A stretch of DNA of 63,909 bases, counting the filler, from Hyphochytrium catenoides (taxonomy: Eukaryota; Protista; Hyphochytriomycota): assembly GCA_900088475.1 (NCBI GenBank). It is 15 parts of 15 records of this genome, joined end to end, with 100 filler letters (N's around TTAATTAATTAA, not from the genome) between each part and the next. Parts side by side here need not be neighbours in the genome. Positions count along the whole stretch, not along the records: positions 33,640 to 48,911 come from FLMG01000109.1; positions 49,012 to 50,069 come from FLMG01003082.1; 13 more parts are not named here. The stretch is one strand, 5' to 3'. Each line of letters starts with the position of its first letter. The first letter of the stretch is position 1. Both the position numbers and the translations under genes were made by a program. Of this stretch, positions 37,101 to 49,914 are shown in pieces. The notes under the pieces were generated by a model that saw nothing but the letters and a program-made list of their open reading frames with translations, searched no databases and was not told where the DNA came from.

Positions 37101-40100
37101 CCTCGCTCACTGGGTGGCAACGCTAAGAGTATGCCGGCGAAGGAGGGAAAGCCGACTTCTTGGGCAACGGAATACATGCACGGCATCGGGTTCCAGATCT
37201 ACCCGATGATCCTTAATGCGCAGTTTAACGGAGAGATATATGCACAGGTGCCGCTTCCGCCCCCCAGAGTGTATGCTTGGGCCTTTCTCTTTGTCTCTCA
37301 CATACACACAGCCTCTCTTTCTTTTTTCAATTTGTTCTCTTTCTCTTCCGGTGTCTCCGTGACGTGCTCATAGTCCCTGCAATCTCCCACTGCCTTCAAT
37401 TCCTTGAGAATCCCCATGTTTGGCCCTGTTCTCAAAACTTGAATCTCTTCTTATCCTATACCTTCTCCCGCTTGATGCGCCGTCTTTCGGTACTGTTCGG
37501 TGCAATCATTTTCTCGCTCAAGGGGTAGGTTGCTGCTGCCTCCCTTATGTTTCCATGTACCGTCTCTCAGGGTAATGTCTCTTGCGCTGACTCTTTCCTG
37601 GGGATTCTCACTCATTCCACTCTTGTTTTCACTCAATCTCTTGCCCTATTCCTTGTCATTGCCAGGTGGCATCTGCGCTTTATAAACATTACGGTGCCAT
37701 CCTGCTGGGAGTGTATCGAAGTGGCTCAGTCTCGTCTTCGTCCTATGTGGACCTTGGCAGCCTCTCTTGCGTGCTTCGAGAGGGAGATCTGTGTTTCCTT
37801 ATTGCCTCCGATGTCTTTGTCGTTCATAAGATACTGGAGACGTATGACAAGAGATCCTTCACACCCAGAAATATCCTCCTGGGAAAAAGAGGAAGTAAGG
37901 ACAAGGACATAGAGAACCTAGACGGAGCCAATGGGTTTAGGCCACTCGGTACTGACGAAGAGAGACTGTCAGCGGAGAGAGGGAGAGAAGCTCATACCTT
38001 TAGGGCGGGAGAGGGCAGGCAGGTGGCTGTGGAAGGTAAGACTAGGGGTTATGCTCTGCGCGGAGCCTGTTCTGTCTCTTATGGATCTTGGGATACTCTT
38101 CTTGCTTCTTGTCCGTTCTTCTCTTTCTTCGACCTTAGCACTTGACAGTTCCTTCTGCTTCGATGCTTCGTTTCCTTCTCCCTCCTCTTGATCTCTGACG
38201 TAACCATCCTCTCTTGGTGCATCTTTGCTGTCAACCAGGGAAAAGAAGGAGTCTTCTACAACTCCAGCGTCCTCGCTCTCGCAGCAGCGAACGATGGGCT
38301 GTTGTGAACAAGGATACGATCCTGAAGCAGAAGTCGCCTCAGAAGGGAGGACTCAACGGCAAATCCTCTCGAACTAACCTCCTCACTCTCTTGGACGCAC
38401 CAGAGTTGGAAGCTCTAGCGCAGTATCGACAGGAGAGAGAGAGGGGACGAAAGGCGGATGGAGGAAAAGGCGATGGAGAGAAGAGAGAAGAAGGTGGACT
38501 TGCTGTCGGAGGAGAGAGAGAGAAGGAAGAGGATGATCGTAACGCTGTTCCTGTTACCGACCTAGACCAACTCACTACTGAGACCAACCCTGCTGGGGGT
38601 GATGAAGGGAGGAAACGAAAGATAGAATTCTCTCTTCCTTTCTCTTCTCTCCCTTCCTTCACGGACAAGACACAAACAGACGGAGTTGTACGGCGAGGCG
38701 CTGGAGAGCAGGACTTTCTTGTCCTTTTGGAGAGACAAACTGTTAGCAATGTAGTGGGTATGAGAGGGCATGTCGTCATCTGTGGGGCAACCACTCATCT
38801 CTCGCAATATCTAAAGGTCCTGCGCCATTACTCGTCTGTCTCCCCTCCTAGAGGTGCAGGAGTCACCGGAGAGAAGGATGTGGATCGTGCCTCTCTTCCA
38901 ATTGTCATTCTTCACTCTTCTCCAATGACGCAACGACAATGGGAGTCTCTTGGACCGATGAGAGAGAACGTTTACTTTGTGAAGGTGAGAGAGGGTACAA
39001 TGGGAGAAGTGCTTCTCTCTCTGTAAATCATTGCGCCTCAACGTATCCTTTAATGTTGCACTTGTATCTACGTCTGATGCGTTCCAAACTCAACAGAGCT
39101 TCACTTCCCCATGACCCCGACCTATGGCTAATGCCATGGCCACTCTGTTTTTCCATATCTATATCTTCTTGCGACTCGTCCTCTCTCTTTTTCTTACTTT
39201 CTCTGTCTCTCTTTCTCTGTCTCTCTTTCCCTCATCCTCTCTTCTTTTCACATCTGTCTTCCTCGATCTGTCTCTCTATAGGGCTCCCAGCTGGTCTATT
39301 CTGACTTGGTCCGCGCCGCCGTCCCTGACGCCTCCTACGTCATCATCCTTGCGTCATTGACTGTTTCCTCTCAAGGACAAGAGAGTGAACGGGAAGACGG
39401 CTATCTCGTGGACTATGACAATATTATGAGCCTTCTCTCTATCGAAGACGTACATGTCAGTCAGTCCTTAGGGTTTCTGTTTCTCTCCTTCTTCTGCGCT
39501 GCCTTTCCCTATTTCTCTCCTCCTATCAAGCTCTCTTTTGTCTGTCATACACCCCATAAGGCGCATCTTTAGTCAATGTCCAGTTCCATCCTCTTTCTCT
39601 CTCTTCAAGGGGCCACAGCTGACCTTTCTTCCCTTCCCCTCGAGCCAAATTTGCCCTACCTCATATCGTCTATCGTTGTGTCCTTCTGAACGCCGTTATT
39701 GCCTACTCTTCTTTCCTGCGTGGCCGCTCTCTATCTCTCTTCTCAGTCTCAGTACACAGACACCCATTACGATTCGATCATCAGCGGACCTATCACCAAG
39801 CACATCGTAGAGCTGAAGCATCCTCGAAACATGCGATTCTGTCTGCCGCTTCCCAAGGGAGACACCTCCTCTCGTGCCCATCACTTTTACCTCTCCCCTT
39901 CCTTTGCCGCGGGCAGAGTCTTTCTCTCCCTTCAGCTTGACTCTCTGATCTGTCAGGCGTTCTTCAATCCCTATATCATCAGGATAATAACCACTCTGGC
40001 TGAGGGGGTGCCAGCAGGATGGGAGGGCAGTACGGCAGATGTCCGCAGCTTGATGCAGGTTGCTTGCCGTTTTCTTCTCTCTCTCTCTCTCTCTCACTCT

Positions 40101-40701
40101 CGCTCTCACCCTCTCTCTCTCTCTAACTCTCGCTCTCTCTTTCCCTCTCTCTCTCTCTCTTTCTTTCTTCACCCACCCTCATTCTCTCTCTCGCTTTCTT
40201 CGCGCTCACCTTTTCTTTCGTGCTTTAGCCCTCGTCTTTCTCTTCTCCTCTCTCTACGCCTGTGTGCTAACTCTCTCCACCCTTAGGTTTGCTCTTATCT
40301 GAAAATCGTTTGTACCACTATTCGGACTTTTAAGTCATTTCTTGCCACTTGAACTGCCATGTCTCTCTTCTACTTTGTTTTTATTCTCTCTCACTCTCTC
40401 TCGGTTGCTCTCTCTTTCAATCTAACTTCGCCCTATCTTCCTCTACCTCTCACTGCTTCAGATACCTCTGCTTGCCAGTCAAGTGGGCAGAAAGTACGAG
40501 GAGCTCTTCGACTCTCTTCTCTTTGACTGGTCAATCCTAGGCTTAGGTCTCTATCGTGCGCCCTCGAGAGAGAGAGAAAACCAGATTCCTTACGTTTATA
40601 CCTGCCCCCTTCCTGAGACAGTGCTGGAGACGGAAGACCTTGTCTTCGTTCTCTCTTCAACTAAGGCATATAAGGACTACATGGCAGCTATGCAGCCATG
40701 A
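34143..40701 (+). CDS. Slo/BK-family potassium channel with two RCK domains, multi-exon, 5' partial
   Basis: S3 LVDFITSVP; S4 LRVMKAVSVLRILRVYR; pore ALYFMIVTLGTVGYGDISP; RCK1 GHVVLSG…YIRGSLIHEEDIDR…MLALSTKCPGACALITNL…WATEYMHGIGFQIY; RCK2 GHVVICG…PIVILH…FAAGRVF…LDSLICQAFFNPY…LGLGLYR…PYVYTCP…DLVFVL; stop at 40701. Confidence 0.92.
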
Positions 40702-41233
40702 AAAAGGTGGAAAAGGCGGCAAGGAGATAAATGCAAGGTCTATCAACGGGTAGAACAAGAACAGAAGGACCCCGTGAGAGCGGTGCAAGGATAGTCTCGA
40801 GCCTCCATATCCGATGGCTCTCCATATCTCCAGATCTGATGGCTCTCCGTTTTACCATCCTCAGTGTATCGTTTACTTTATATTTATGAGTTCAAGCTGT
40901 CTCTGTGAGAGAGGACTCCTGACAGGAGCATCACCATTAGTGGAAGAGAGAAGGCAGATGGGGCAGCGGGAGGGTGCAGACTGGACTTTATACAGCCAAA
41001 GCGAGAAGTCTGTCTCCAGCACGCTGACATGTTCTCCAAGTATCCTAGGGATCACTTCTTCGCGCCGCAGAGCTTAACCCTAACCATTTGTATTCTTAGC
41101 ACAATATTGTCGTCTAAGGAACTTGTCAGAGTTATTGCAGCTGGAGACGACGAGTAGGTCCTGATCTGTCTACTACGTCGGGTGGATAGCACGCTCTCTG
41201 GCTGGCTCTAGGTTTTCCTCCTTTAACTTTCAA

Positions 41234-42534
41234 TTACGAGACCTTCTTATTGCCTTTGAACCATGGCACAAGGACACTCGTGTTGGCCTTATACTCCTGA
41301 TAGTCAGGTTGTCCACCCCACTTCTTATCTGATGACTTCTCTAGAAGAGGCACTCCAGACACCTAGGAGGGAAAGAAAGAGTGAGCAACGGCATGGTCAG
41401 TTACCATGACACAGAGAGAGAGAGAGAAGAGAAGACAAGGGAACCAGAAGGGTGAAACGAAGAGACATGGCGGATGACTGAGAAGAAAGTCCAAAGAGAG
41501 CTCTCTCAAAGCATGGGTCTACCTGAGTCAGTAGAAAAGCCACAAAGGCCGGACTAATGGCGCCAACCCACTGCCTTCCTTGAAACACAGAGGAGCAAGA
41601 GAGAAAGATGCCCGTCCATAAGGTAATCTCCCCAAAGTAGTTGGGATGCCGGCTGTATTTCCATAGTCCACTCTGAATAAACCTTGTCTTGTTCTCTGTG
41701 TTAGCTCGAAATGCCCTCTTCTGCGCGTCTGCGACGACTTCCATAGAAAATCCTAGCAGCCAGAGAGCCCAGCCTAAGTAGTCCCGGATGCCGAGAGGCT
41801 GGTCGTTCGGCTGAGCGCAGAGAATGAACACAGGTAAGGCCGTAAGGAGAACCCAGAGCCCCTGGATCGTCCATACGTTCAGGAACTGAAAGGGATGTGG
41901 CTTGATCTTATCGAATCGACTGTCTTTCTGATCCCTGATAATGTAAGAGTAAGATTCAATGAAGAGCAACAAGGAGGAAAAGAGACCAACGGCGGAAGCA
42001 AGAACTGAGAAAGACGGAACACAGGGAGGATCTAGGTGAAAGAGGAGAGGAACTGCACCGAGCAAAGAGGAAAGATTGAAGACAAAAGCGTGAGATTTAT
42101 GGGAAGCTGCAGGAGGCGTAGAGCACCGCAAGAGTGAGTCTCCGAACTTCAAAGGCTTGACAGGTAATTGAACAAGCTAGGGGACAGCATAGAAGAGGCT
42201 GAGCGTATTACCTCAGAATCCTTGTAAAGAGGAAGTAGCCCAGCCGGACGGCCCAGACGATGACAAGCGTACAATTGATTATCTGTCGTGCATAGTGCTC
42301 CTTCGAGAGAAGACGCAACGCAGCCGTCACGCAGATAATGTAAGTGGACGAGCCAGTGAGATCGAAGAATTTTTCGCTCTCAAAAAGTGCTGAAGGGAGA
42401 AAGACGAGCCATTGTATCCCGTACGCGATCAAAGGGATGGGAGCAAGAGCAAGGTAGTCTCCCAGAAGCCAGCCCAAGACGGCTATCAACCCTGCCGCCG
42501 CAAGGAAGGGCAAGTCGCTCAGTTCAAACTTCAT
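41234..42534 (-). CDS. DUF1295 family membrane protein (steroid 5-alpha-reductase-like), 3 exons
   Basis: SEKFFDLTGS; WAVRLGYFLFTRIL/RDQKDSRFDKIK; WTIQGLWVLLTALP; EVVADAQKRAFR; FIQSGLWKYSRHPNYFGEITLW; last exon VSGVPLLEKSSDKKWGGQPDYQEYKANTSVLVPW. Confidence 0.92.
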
Positions 42535-43788
42535 TGTTCTTCAAACAGCTCTAGGCTAGATGAAGGCGCTTGGCGGTCGCACCCACAAGCTGCAGCCCTT
42601 GCTTTGGAGCCAGCTGGCCGAGTGGAACGGTTACAAGCCGCTTTAACTCTCCGTCCGAGAGGCTTAGAGGACAACGGTTCTCCTCGATGCTGGAGGTTAG
42701 GGTCTTCGTAATCGATACCTTCGTCTTCTGCCAGGCGGTATCTTGCTTCGATACGGTCTGAATCTTCAGAATCTGACGGCCAACAGAGATCTGCGTCTCC
42801 AATGAAGATCTTCCAGCTGCGGCGGCGGCGGCGTTTGGATGACGAACGTCATCTTGCTGCATCCTTTTTCCATACATAATTGACATTAAGCACGTACGTA
42901 CTTCACATTTACATTTTACCGCTGAGACTTACAGAGGTTTTAGGAGAATGGCAGTAAAAAGCATCAGAAGGTTCTGTAAATTAACACTCTATCTACACAA
43001 TTTGTGATTAATCCATTGCGGTGTTTGGCGGGAATCAAGCTTCGTTTCTTGTCCCGAGCTGCCGAAGTTCCGCCAAAGGTAGCCGTTAGACTGGACGTTA
43101 TCAAGCCGTTAGTGGCAAGGGCGAGGAGAAGCAGATTCAGAAAAGGAGGCACTTTCTTGTTCTCTCTCCCTCTCTCTCCCTCTCTCTCTCTTTCTTCTTC
43201 TCTCTCTCTCTTTCTTTCTCTCTCACTCTCTCTGTGTCGGTCTGTCTCTCTCCCTCCTATCTTTCTCTGTTCCTCCCACTCGCTCTCTCTCTCTCTTCGC
43301 GACGCCTTCCCCCTCTCTCTCTCTCTGGTTCTCGCTCTCGCTTTTCTCTTTCGCTCCCCTTAGCCTCTATGGCAGTGTTCTTCCTAGGGAACCTAGTTCT
43401 TTATCTCTCATCTGTCTCTTCGTGCTCGCTTACTCTTTCTCTCGTTCACTCTCCCTCTGTCTCACTCACTCTCTGCCTCTTCCTTGTCCCTCCTCTTCCA
43501 TCATCATCGCGCTCACCTGCAGGACAGCACCGCGGTGTTGCCTCATAGATCCTCATCGACAGGAAGCCAGAGAAGTCATCTAACGGACACATCCAGAGTA
43601 CGAATATCCCAAGAGAAGAGCAGTCTACCCGCAGCCGGTCCCGCCGACAACTCCTACTCCTTATAAACTATCACGAAGACTATCCCCGGCGGCTCATAAG
43701 CGTTCTTCGTCCTTTCTAGTGACATTGTGTGGAGGCTGGCGCAACGCGGAAGAGTAGCTAACGGAAGGAGACTGCAAGGACGCAGAGC

Positions 43789-44658
43789 ATGGCGCAATCT
43801 ACTATCAACTTCAGGCGCACTGCAAAGCCGCGCAGTCAGCACCCGGAACATCCGACCAAGGCAGGCGCAGGAGGATCAAAGAGACAAAGGTTGGAGCTGC
43901 ATACTGGCCCTCCGCCTAAAGAGGTCATTACCGTCGGCTCACCTACAGATGAAGAGCACAGCGAAGACGAGAGATTCGTCCCCGTCTTTCTTCATCAGGT
44001 CAGCCATGAGGCTTCTGTCCTTACATCTTCCCGTGTGTCTTCCTTCTTCGTAACCAGCGGTTCATGCCTTGCCCTGTCTGTCCTGCTTTTCCTCGTATCT
44101 CACTTTGGTTGCTTGTTACTTAGCTGGTTCAGTATAAGCGGAAGGGTGAGGCAGAACTGACACCAGGAGAGCAGAAGGCATATAACTTTATCAAGGTTGA
44201 GAGCAATCTCGTGATTGTCCTGCCCTGTGAATTGAGAGGATTGATTGAAAGCCTAACTGTCTCTTCTGCCTTGTGACCTCACTCTGCTTCCATAGAAACA
44301 CTTCATCATCCCCGCTGACTTTGATGCCAATCACAAGGTAAGACTATGGCACGCTTCTGGCTGTCTCCTTTTACTTCCCGGCACTTTAAAGCTGTTGGCT
44401 CTGTCTCAGTCGCGTTCTGTTTGACCCTCGTCACTCATCTCATGTCGGTCTGTCGCTGTTCAGTTTGGAGCTTTAAGCGGCGTCTCGTATGAAGCCCGCG
44501 TCATCTCTGCGTACATGAACAACCTCTTGGAGCTGAGGGAAGGAGAGGGAGAGAGTGACCCAGCCAGAGAGAACCGACCTCCTTCCACTCTCTTTCAGAT
44601 CTGCTACCAATGCGGAAAGGAGGGCCATCTTCCGAAGCGCTGTCCTGATGCCTTCTAA
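43789..44658 (+). CDS. Small (about 172 aa) 4-exon protein with a C-terminal CCHC zinc knuckle
   Basis: GT-AG phase-0 exons 43789-43998, 44124-44195, 44296-44337 and 44464-44658 splice in frame and end …FGALSGVSYEARVISAYMNNLLEL…ICYQCGKEGHLPKRCPDAF*. Confidence 0.8.
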
Positions 44659-45631
44659 GACATCTTTATTAGAGTTTTCTATATATGTGACATTATAAAA
44701 AAAGGAAAAATCCAATGAAGGCTCGTGCTGTTGAGGTTCAAGGAGTTCTCTGTGCCCAGCCATTGCTTGCGGAACATTTATATGAGCTTTGTGTTAGCTT
44801 CCCACTCATCTCCACGCGCTCGTTCTCACACTTTTTATCAGGCTTCTTTTTGTCCTGGCGCCATATCTGCCTGTCACTCTTTGGAATCATTTCCCTGCGG
44901 CCCATCCAAGAGCGTTCTTCTGGCTTCTTGCCTGTTCGATGAATTGTTACTCCTGCTGGGCACTACTAGCCTGTAATGCCGGACAATCGACAGTGCGCAG
45001 CCACTGCACACTCCTTCAACTGCCAAAAGGCCTTCCCCTCTTTGTCAGAAGAGAATAGCCCCTCGGAGTAAAAGGATAGAGGAGCTGAAGAGAGGCATGG
45101 GGCAACACTAGGAAGGATAATGGTTGTTTGTTTGATAAGCCCTACGACTCTAATGCTCAACGTCCTTGAAGAGACCGCTGCCCCATTGTGCCTTGTTATG
45201 GTCGTCTCTTATTTCTCTCAGGCACGCAGTGCATATCTCTTGGCCTGTGTTGTTTGGCCTCGTCATGTCGCTTTGCCTCCACTAGATGTCCTGAAACTTG
45301 CTTCGTTTTTGAACGCTATGTTCGGGCTTTCCATGTCCCAACTCTTTTATCTTCCTTCGCAGCTCCAGTCAACTGGTAGCTTTCCGACGTGTAGTACGAC
45401 TCAGCGGCGGCTGAAGTCAATGCAGCGCTGGTTCGTCAGCTGAACGGCTTGGAGGGAAGTGGAAGAACAACTGCTAACCCCATTGATCTAGCACTCTTGC
45501 AACCGAGGTGATGCCAAAGCTCATTCTGCTTATCTGCCGATACTAGCTTTGGCGATCGCTACACCATTGGTCATCTCTCTCTCTCTCTCTCTCTCCCCTA
45601 TCTCATCTTCCCCTCCATTTCTGTCCGGTGA

Positions 45632-47059
45632 CTAAGGCTGCAGCACTATCTCTTGATCAAGATACTTAAAGGCGTAAGCTTGGCGAGAGCCTGGCCCTTG
45701 TTTCCACGGTGAGAAGAGATCCACTACAGCACCGTCACCCACGGCTACTCCGCCACTAAACCCGCGCAACGAAGGGTCATACTGCGTCAAATCCAGCTCC
45801 TGAGGCTGCATAGAAGAGGTAAGAACCGGTGATGGAAGGAGAGGAGAAAGAAATAAAGCAAAATAGACTCGCACGAGAGAAGAGAGACTTCATTTCGCTA
45901 ACAGTAGATCGAGATTTGAGAGAAAAGAGATGCAACATTGGAGCAGCCTTTCTGAGGCGCAAAGCATCTCGCCGAGAGAAAAGTTAATCTGGTTGGCTTA
46001 GGAGAGGCTGACCACGGTCAGAGATCGAAGAGAAACAGGGAGAACATCAAACCCGAGAGGGCATAAAGTTGATAGAAAGGCTTAGGAGAGGATTGTATAC
46101 CTTGTCAAAGTTTAACCCGTCCATCCTTAGAAGCTTGCCAAAGAAGCGCCTGCCGTTATAGAAGGGCACGAAAAACGCGTACCTGCCCATTCGAAAGGAG
46201 GTGAGACGAAGACATGGCTCATCGAAGCGGCTCCTCCGTTCCCACGATCCTATGCTAGAGAGAAAATTCTCACCCTTCTACTTGGCAGCTCTCTGCCTGT
46301 CGATTGCTCTCCAATCTCTCAACTCTGCAAGCCCTTTGGCCCCTTATTCCTTAGCTTCATTTCCTTGGCGGCGTAGGCTTACCTTCCGGTCGCAAAGCCA
46401 CCCAGAAACCCTCGGAGTTCATCGTCTGGCAGTGGAGGAATCTGTCGAGAAAGAGAGAGAAGACATGTCAAAAGGAACTTATTGGAGAAGGCATGTTGAG
46501 AATCAAGATGGGCGACGAACAGGAGAGACTCTAACAGGGTAACAGGTAGGCAGGAATCTGAGAGATCAAAGAGGAGGTGATAAAGTGCCGGACGGGAGGG
46601 CGCGCGGTGATGGAGAGGCGAACGAGAGGAAGGACAGCCCTGTCATGGGAGACACTGATGAAAGTAGGAGCACAGCAAGATGGCGGACGTTAGGAGAGAG
46701 GAAAGAGGATAAGGATCTAGGGTTTCTTGCCTGCGATCGCGGCGCATATGAAAGGTCTGTGACGTTCAGGAGCTCAAACTGACTCCCTGAGACCTTACAG
46801 GTGAGACCCGAGGCCTGTCTATAGTCATAATCCGTCATGTTTCGTAGGCCACTGCGATGAGGGACGAGGATCACGTCCTCTCCCATTGCGATCGCGCCCT
46901 GAAAGCCTTTAAAAGGGGATAAAAGACACCATACCGGGATAAAAGGAGCGAATTATCATCAGACAAGGTAGAGGGAAAGCAGACGAGAAAGAAGAGAGAC
47001 AAAGAGAACATGTTATAGATAATTGTGAGTTCGCCTGACAGAGGTTCATTTCCTGGAAT

Positions 47060-47096
<37 letters not shown>

Positions 47097-48378
47097 TCTC
47101 TCCCTCTTGCACTCCCAAGCTAGCTACTCAACCCTCACGGTCTTTTCTGGAGAGTGAAAGGCCTACTCTGTCCTTCTGACTGGAGCTGCTCTTTATGCTA
47201 TAAGAGCATCCTCTAAGCTACTCTTTTATCTATCTCGGCCTATCTTACCTCTGAGCCCCATCAGATCCTCGCTATGCACTGCCGGTCTATAGAGATGAAG
47301 AACCTCCACAGTGGCAAAGTCCAGCAGACTAACTCTCACCAGACACGAAGAGTAGCACTCGTAGAATCTCTTCCGACGCCGAACAGTGTCACAGTCTCTA
47401 AACTTAGGAGTTGAGATCAAGGGATGAGCGCCAGAAGACAGAGTAGAGATCGAGAATATTAGACTATAAAAGAAAGCGGTAAACGCGCTGAAAAGCTGCG
47501 CACGGATCCTTGGGGAAGACAGTCAATTCTGTTTGACAGAAACCAAAGCATAGAACAAGCAGAAGCTCTGCAACCGCGTCTTCACTGAACATTCAGACCA
47601 CAGCACAGTCTCTCTCTCTTCTCTCTCTCTCTCTCTCTCTCTCTGTACCTGATAGGGGACTAGATAGGCCCAGGTGCCGCTCACGAGGCCATGAGAGAAT
47701 CCCCGAAGCTTTGGATCGGCTTGAGTCAGATCAAGGTAGGATACTGACGACCTTGAGAAGGAAGAGAGAGAGAAACGGACAAAATAGCCATGGAAATGGG
47801 AGGTAGTTCGCCCTTAACATAGGGACAAGAGTTCGACAGAGGCAGTGGGGGGAACTGACTTAGAAGGCGGACGGAAATATTAGGAGGGGTGGCCTGCTGA
47901 TGGTCAAGGTCAAGGGACGCAGCAACACCAGGAACGAGGGGTGAGCTAGAGAGAAACAGGGAGAGAGAGAGAAAGAGAGAAAGAAAGAGAGAGAGAGACA
48001 GACAGACAGACATCCAGCAATAGGGACGCGCCAATCTCAGTTGCGGAAGAAAGTGCCGTTGTAAGGTATGGATCTCAAACGACACAGAAAAAGAAGGATC
48101 ATAACAGAAGACCAGCGAAGAATGAATCGCTCAACCCAAGAAGAGAGCTCATGGATGCTCCGCAGGGAGAGGAAGAGACAAGACATGAAGATGAGGACAA
48201 GAGCCTACCCGCATCTGCAAGATACTCGCTGTTCTCAAGGCCGATTGGACCTTCATAGTTCCGATAGGGGACCAAATAACCTGACGCAGACAATATAGTT
48301 TTAGAAAGAAGAATGTATTGTGTACTGACGGGAATCCAAAAGACAGAGAAAACGAAGAAGACAGAGAGAGAGAGAGAG

Positions 48379-48422
<44 letters not shown>

Positions 48423-48705
48423 GGAGAGAGAGAATCATAGTCGAGCAATGCTGTCTCAGCAGTTCTCACCATAATTATCGTCAGCAAAGATCCCTGAGAA
48501 TCCCCTCAGATTTGCTTCTACGGAGGCCAGGTCCAGCACTTCAACTCCCTCAGGGCCGAAAGTGTCTAGATCTACGCGGGTCAAGAGCGAAGAGAAGCCG
48601 CCAGAAGGGAGACGGTCTGGAGAAAGATAGGCGTAGCGTCCTCTGCACAGCCCGCCTGAGAAAGCAACCAAGGCGGGATGATGCTCTCTCAGGTCTAACA
48701 CCTAG
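45632..48705 (-). CDS. Beta-propeller-like repeat protein (GFxGG…YxYLVP…RVDL repeats), multi-exon, 5' partial
   Basis: Recurring unit: AFSGGLCRGRYAYLSP…LTRVDLDTF…VEVLDLASVEANLRGFSG; GYLVPY; FGGFSHGLVSGTWAYLVPY; LVRVSLLDFATVEVLHL; GFQGAIAMGEDVILVPH; YAFFVPFYNG; ELDLTQYDPSLRGFSGG; stop at 45632. Confidence 0.7.
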
Positions 48706-49821
48706 TGAACGTGGACAACAGCGATTTATAAGATGAAGATGGAGAACAGACAGGAGCTCTCAGACTAGATTTCTCTGACTAGGTGCACATATAGAGGGAA
48801 CCAATATGAGCAGAACAGCCTGTTGGGCGGATAGCGTAGAGATTGCTTCACTCTATTCACCTTCATTTGACGCTCTTTCTCTCATTCTCTTTCTCTCTCT
48901 CTCTCTCTCTCNNNNNNNNNNNNNNNNNNNNNNNNNNNNNNNNNNNNNNNNNNNNTTAATTAATTAANNNNNNNNNNNNNNNNNNNNNNNNNNNNNNNNN
49001 NNNNNNNNNNNATGTCGTCACCACCGAGCTCAGCCGTCGCAAGACAAGCAAGAGAAGGGTCCAGCTGATCAAGAGGAATACGCCTAGAATCTGAAGCGCA
49101 TTTTCTTCATGGATCGCTAAAGAGATTCTGGTATGGAGGCGTAAAGCAATGGCTTTATTTATGTCTGTGTGGGAGGAGGAAGCTGACCAAACATCATCAG
49201 GACAACATAAAGCAGAAGATATTCGTCGAAGGAAGCCTTCTTTTTTTCACTATATATACTTTCTCCTCCTCGCTAGAGGGCCTACTACTCTTCTTTCTTG
49301 CTGTACCATGACTATTCGTGATAGTGGCTGTTTTTTACCTCCGCTATGCTTCTATCGCTTCTTTACCACCGTCATCATATCATCATCTAGATTAACTACT
49401 GTTGTTGTCAGAGCTACTAGAGTAGGCAGAGCAGAAGAAATTCAACGACATTGCTGAATTGTTGGCCATTATTACACTTATTATCACTTGTAGTAGGAAG
49501 ACCAAAAAGATATGCTTCTCGTCAACAAGAAAAATTAAGAAATAATGTGGCTTCTTGCTTTTATTATTAGACCACCTGCTTCTTGGCTCTTCCCTGGTGG
49601 CTCAAAACTAAGAAGCCGCAGTGGTATGTTGGCAGGAGGAAGAAGAAGGGTGACGACTTACTACTGCTGCCGGCCGCGGAAGAAGCTCCGCTCGTACGTC
49701 GTACTCTTAGCAAAAGCACCATCAACACAAGAAGGCCAGCTCAAGGCTGACCAACCGCCAAGAGGTGTGACAAAGATACTCGCTTAAATAAGGATCCCTG
49801 CCATAACACTTGTTAGGCGGC

Positions 49822-49914
49822 ATTTTATCTTGCATGCAATCTTGCATGCAAATTGCATGCAAATTTGCAATCTCGCGCGAGATATTTTATCTTGCATGCA
49901 AGATCGAAACCCTG
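49822..49914 (-). mobile_element. Probable DNA-transposon terminus with an array of palindromic TTGCATGCAA motifs
   Basis: Four TTGCATGCAA palindromes and an ATCTCGCGCGAGAT palindrome, ending in GAAACCCTG (CAGGGTTTC on the - strand, a hAT-like TIR start). Confidence 0.4.
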
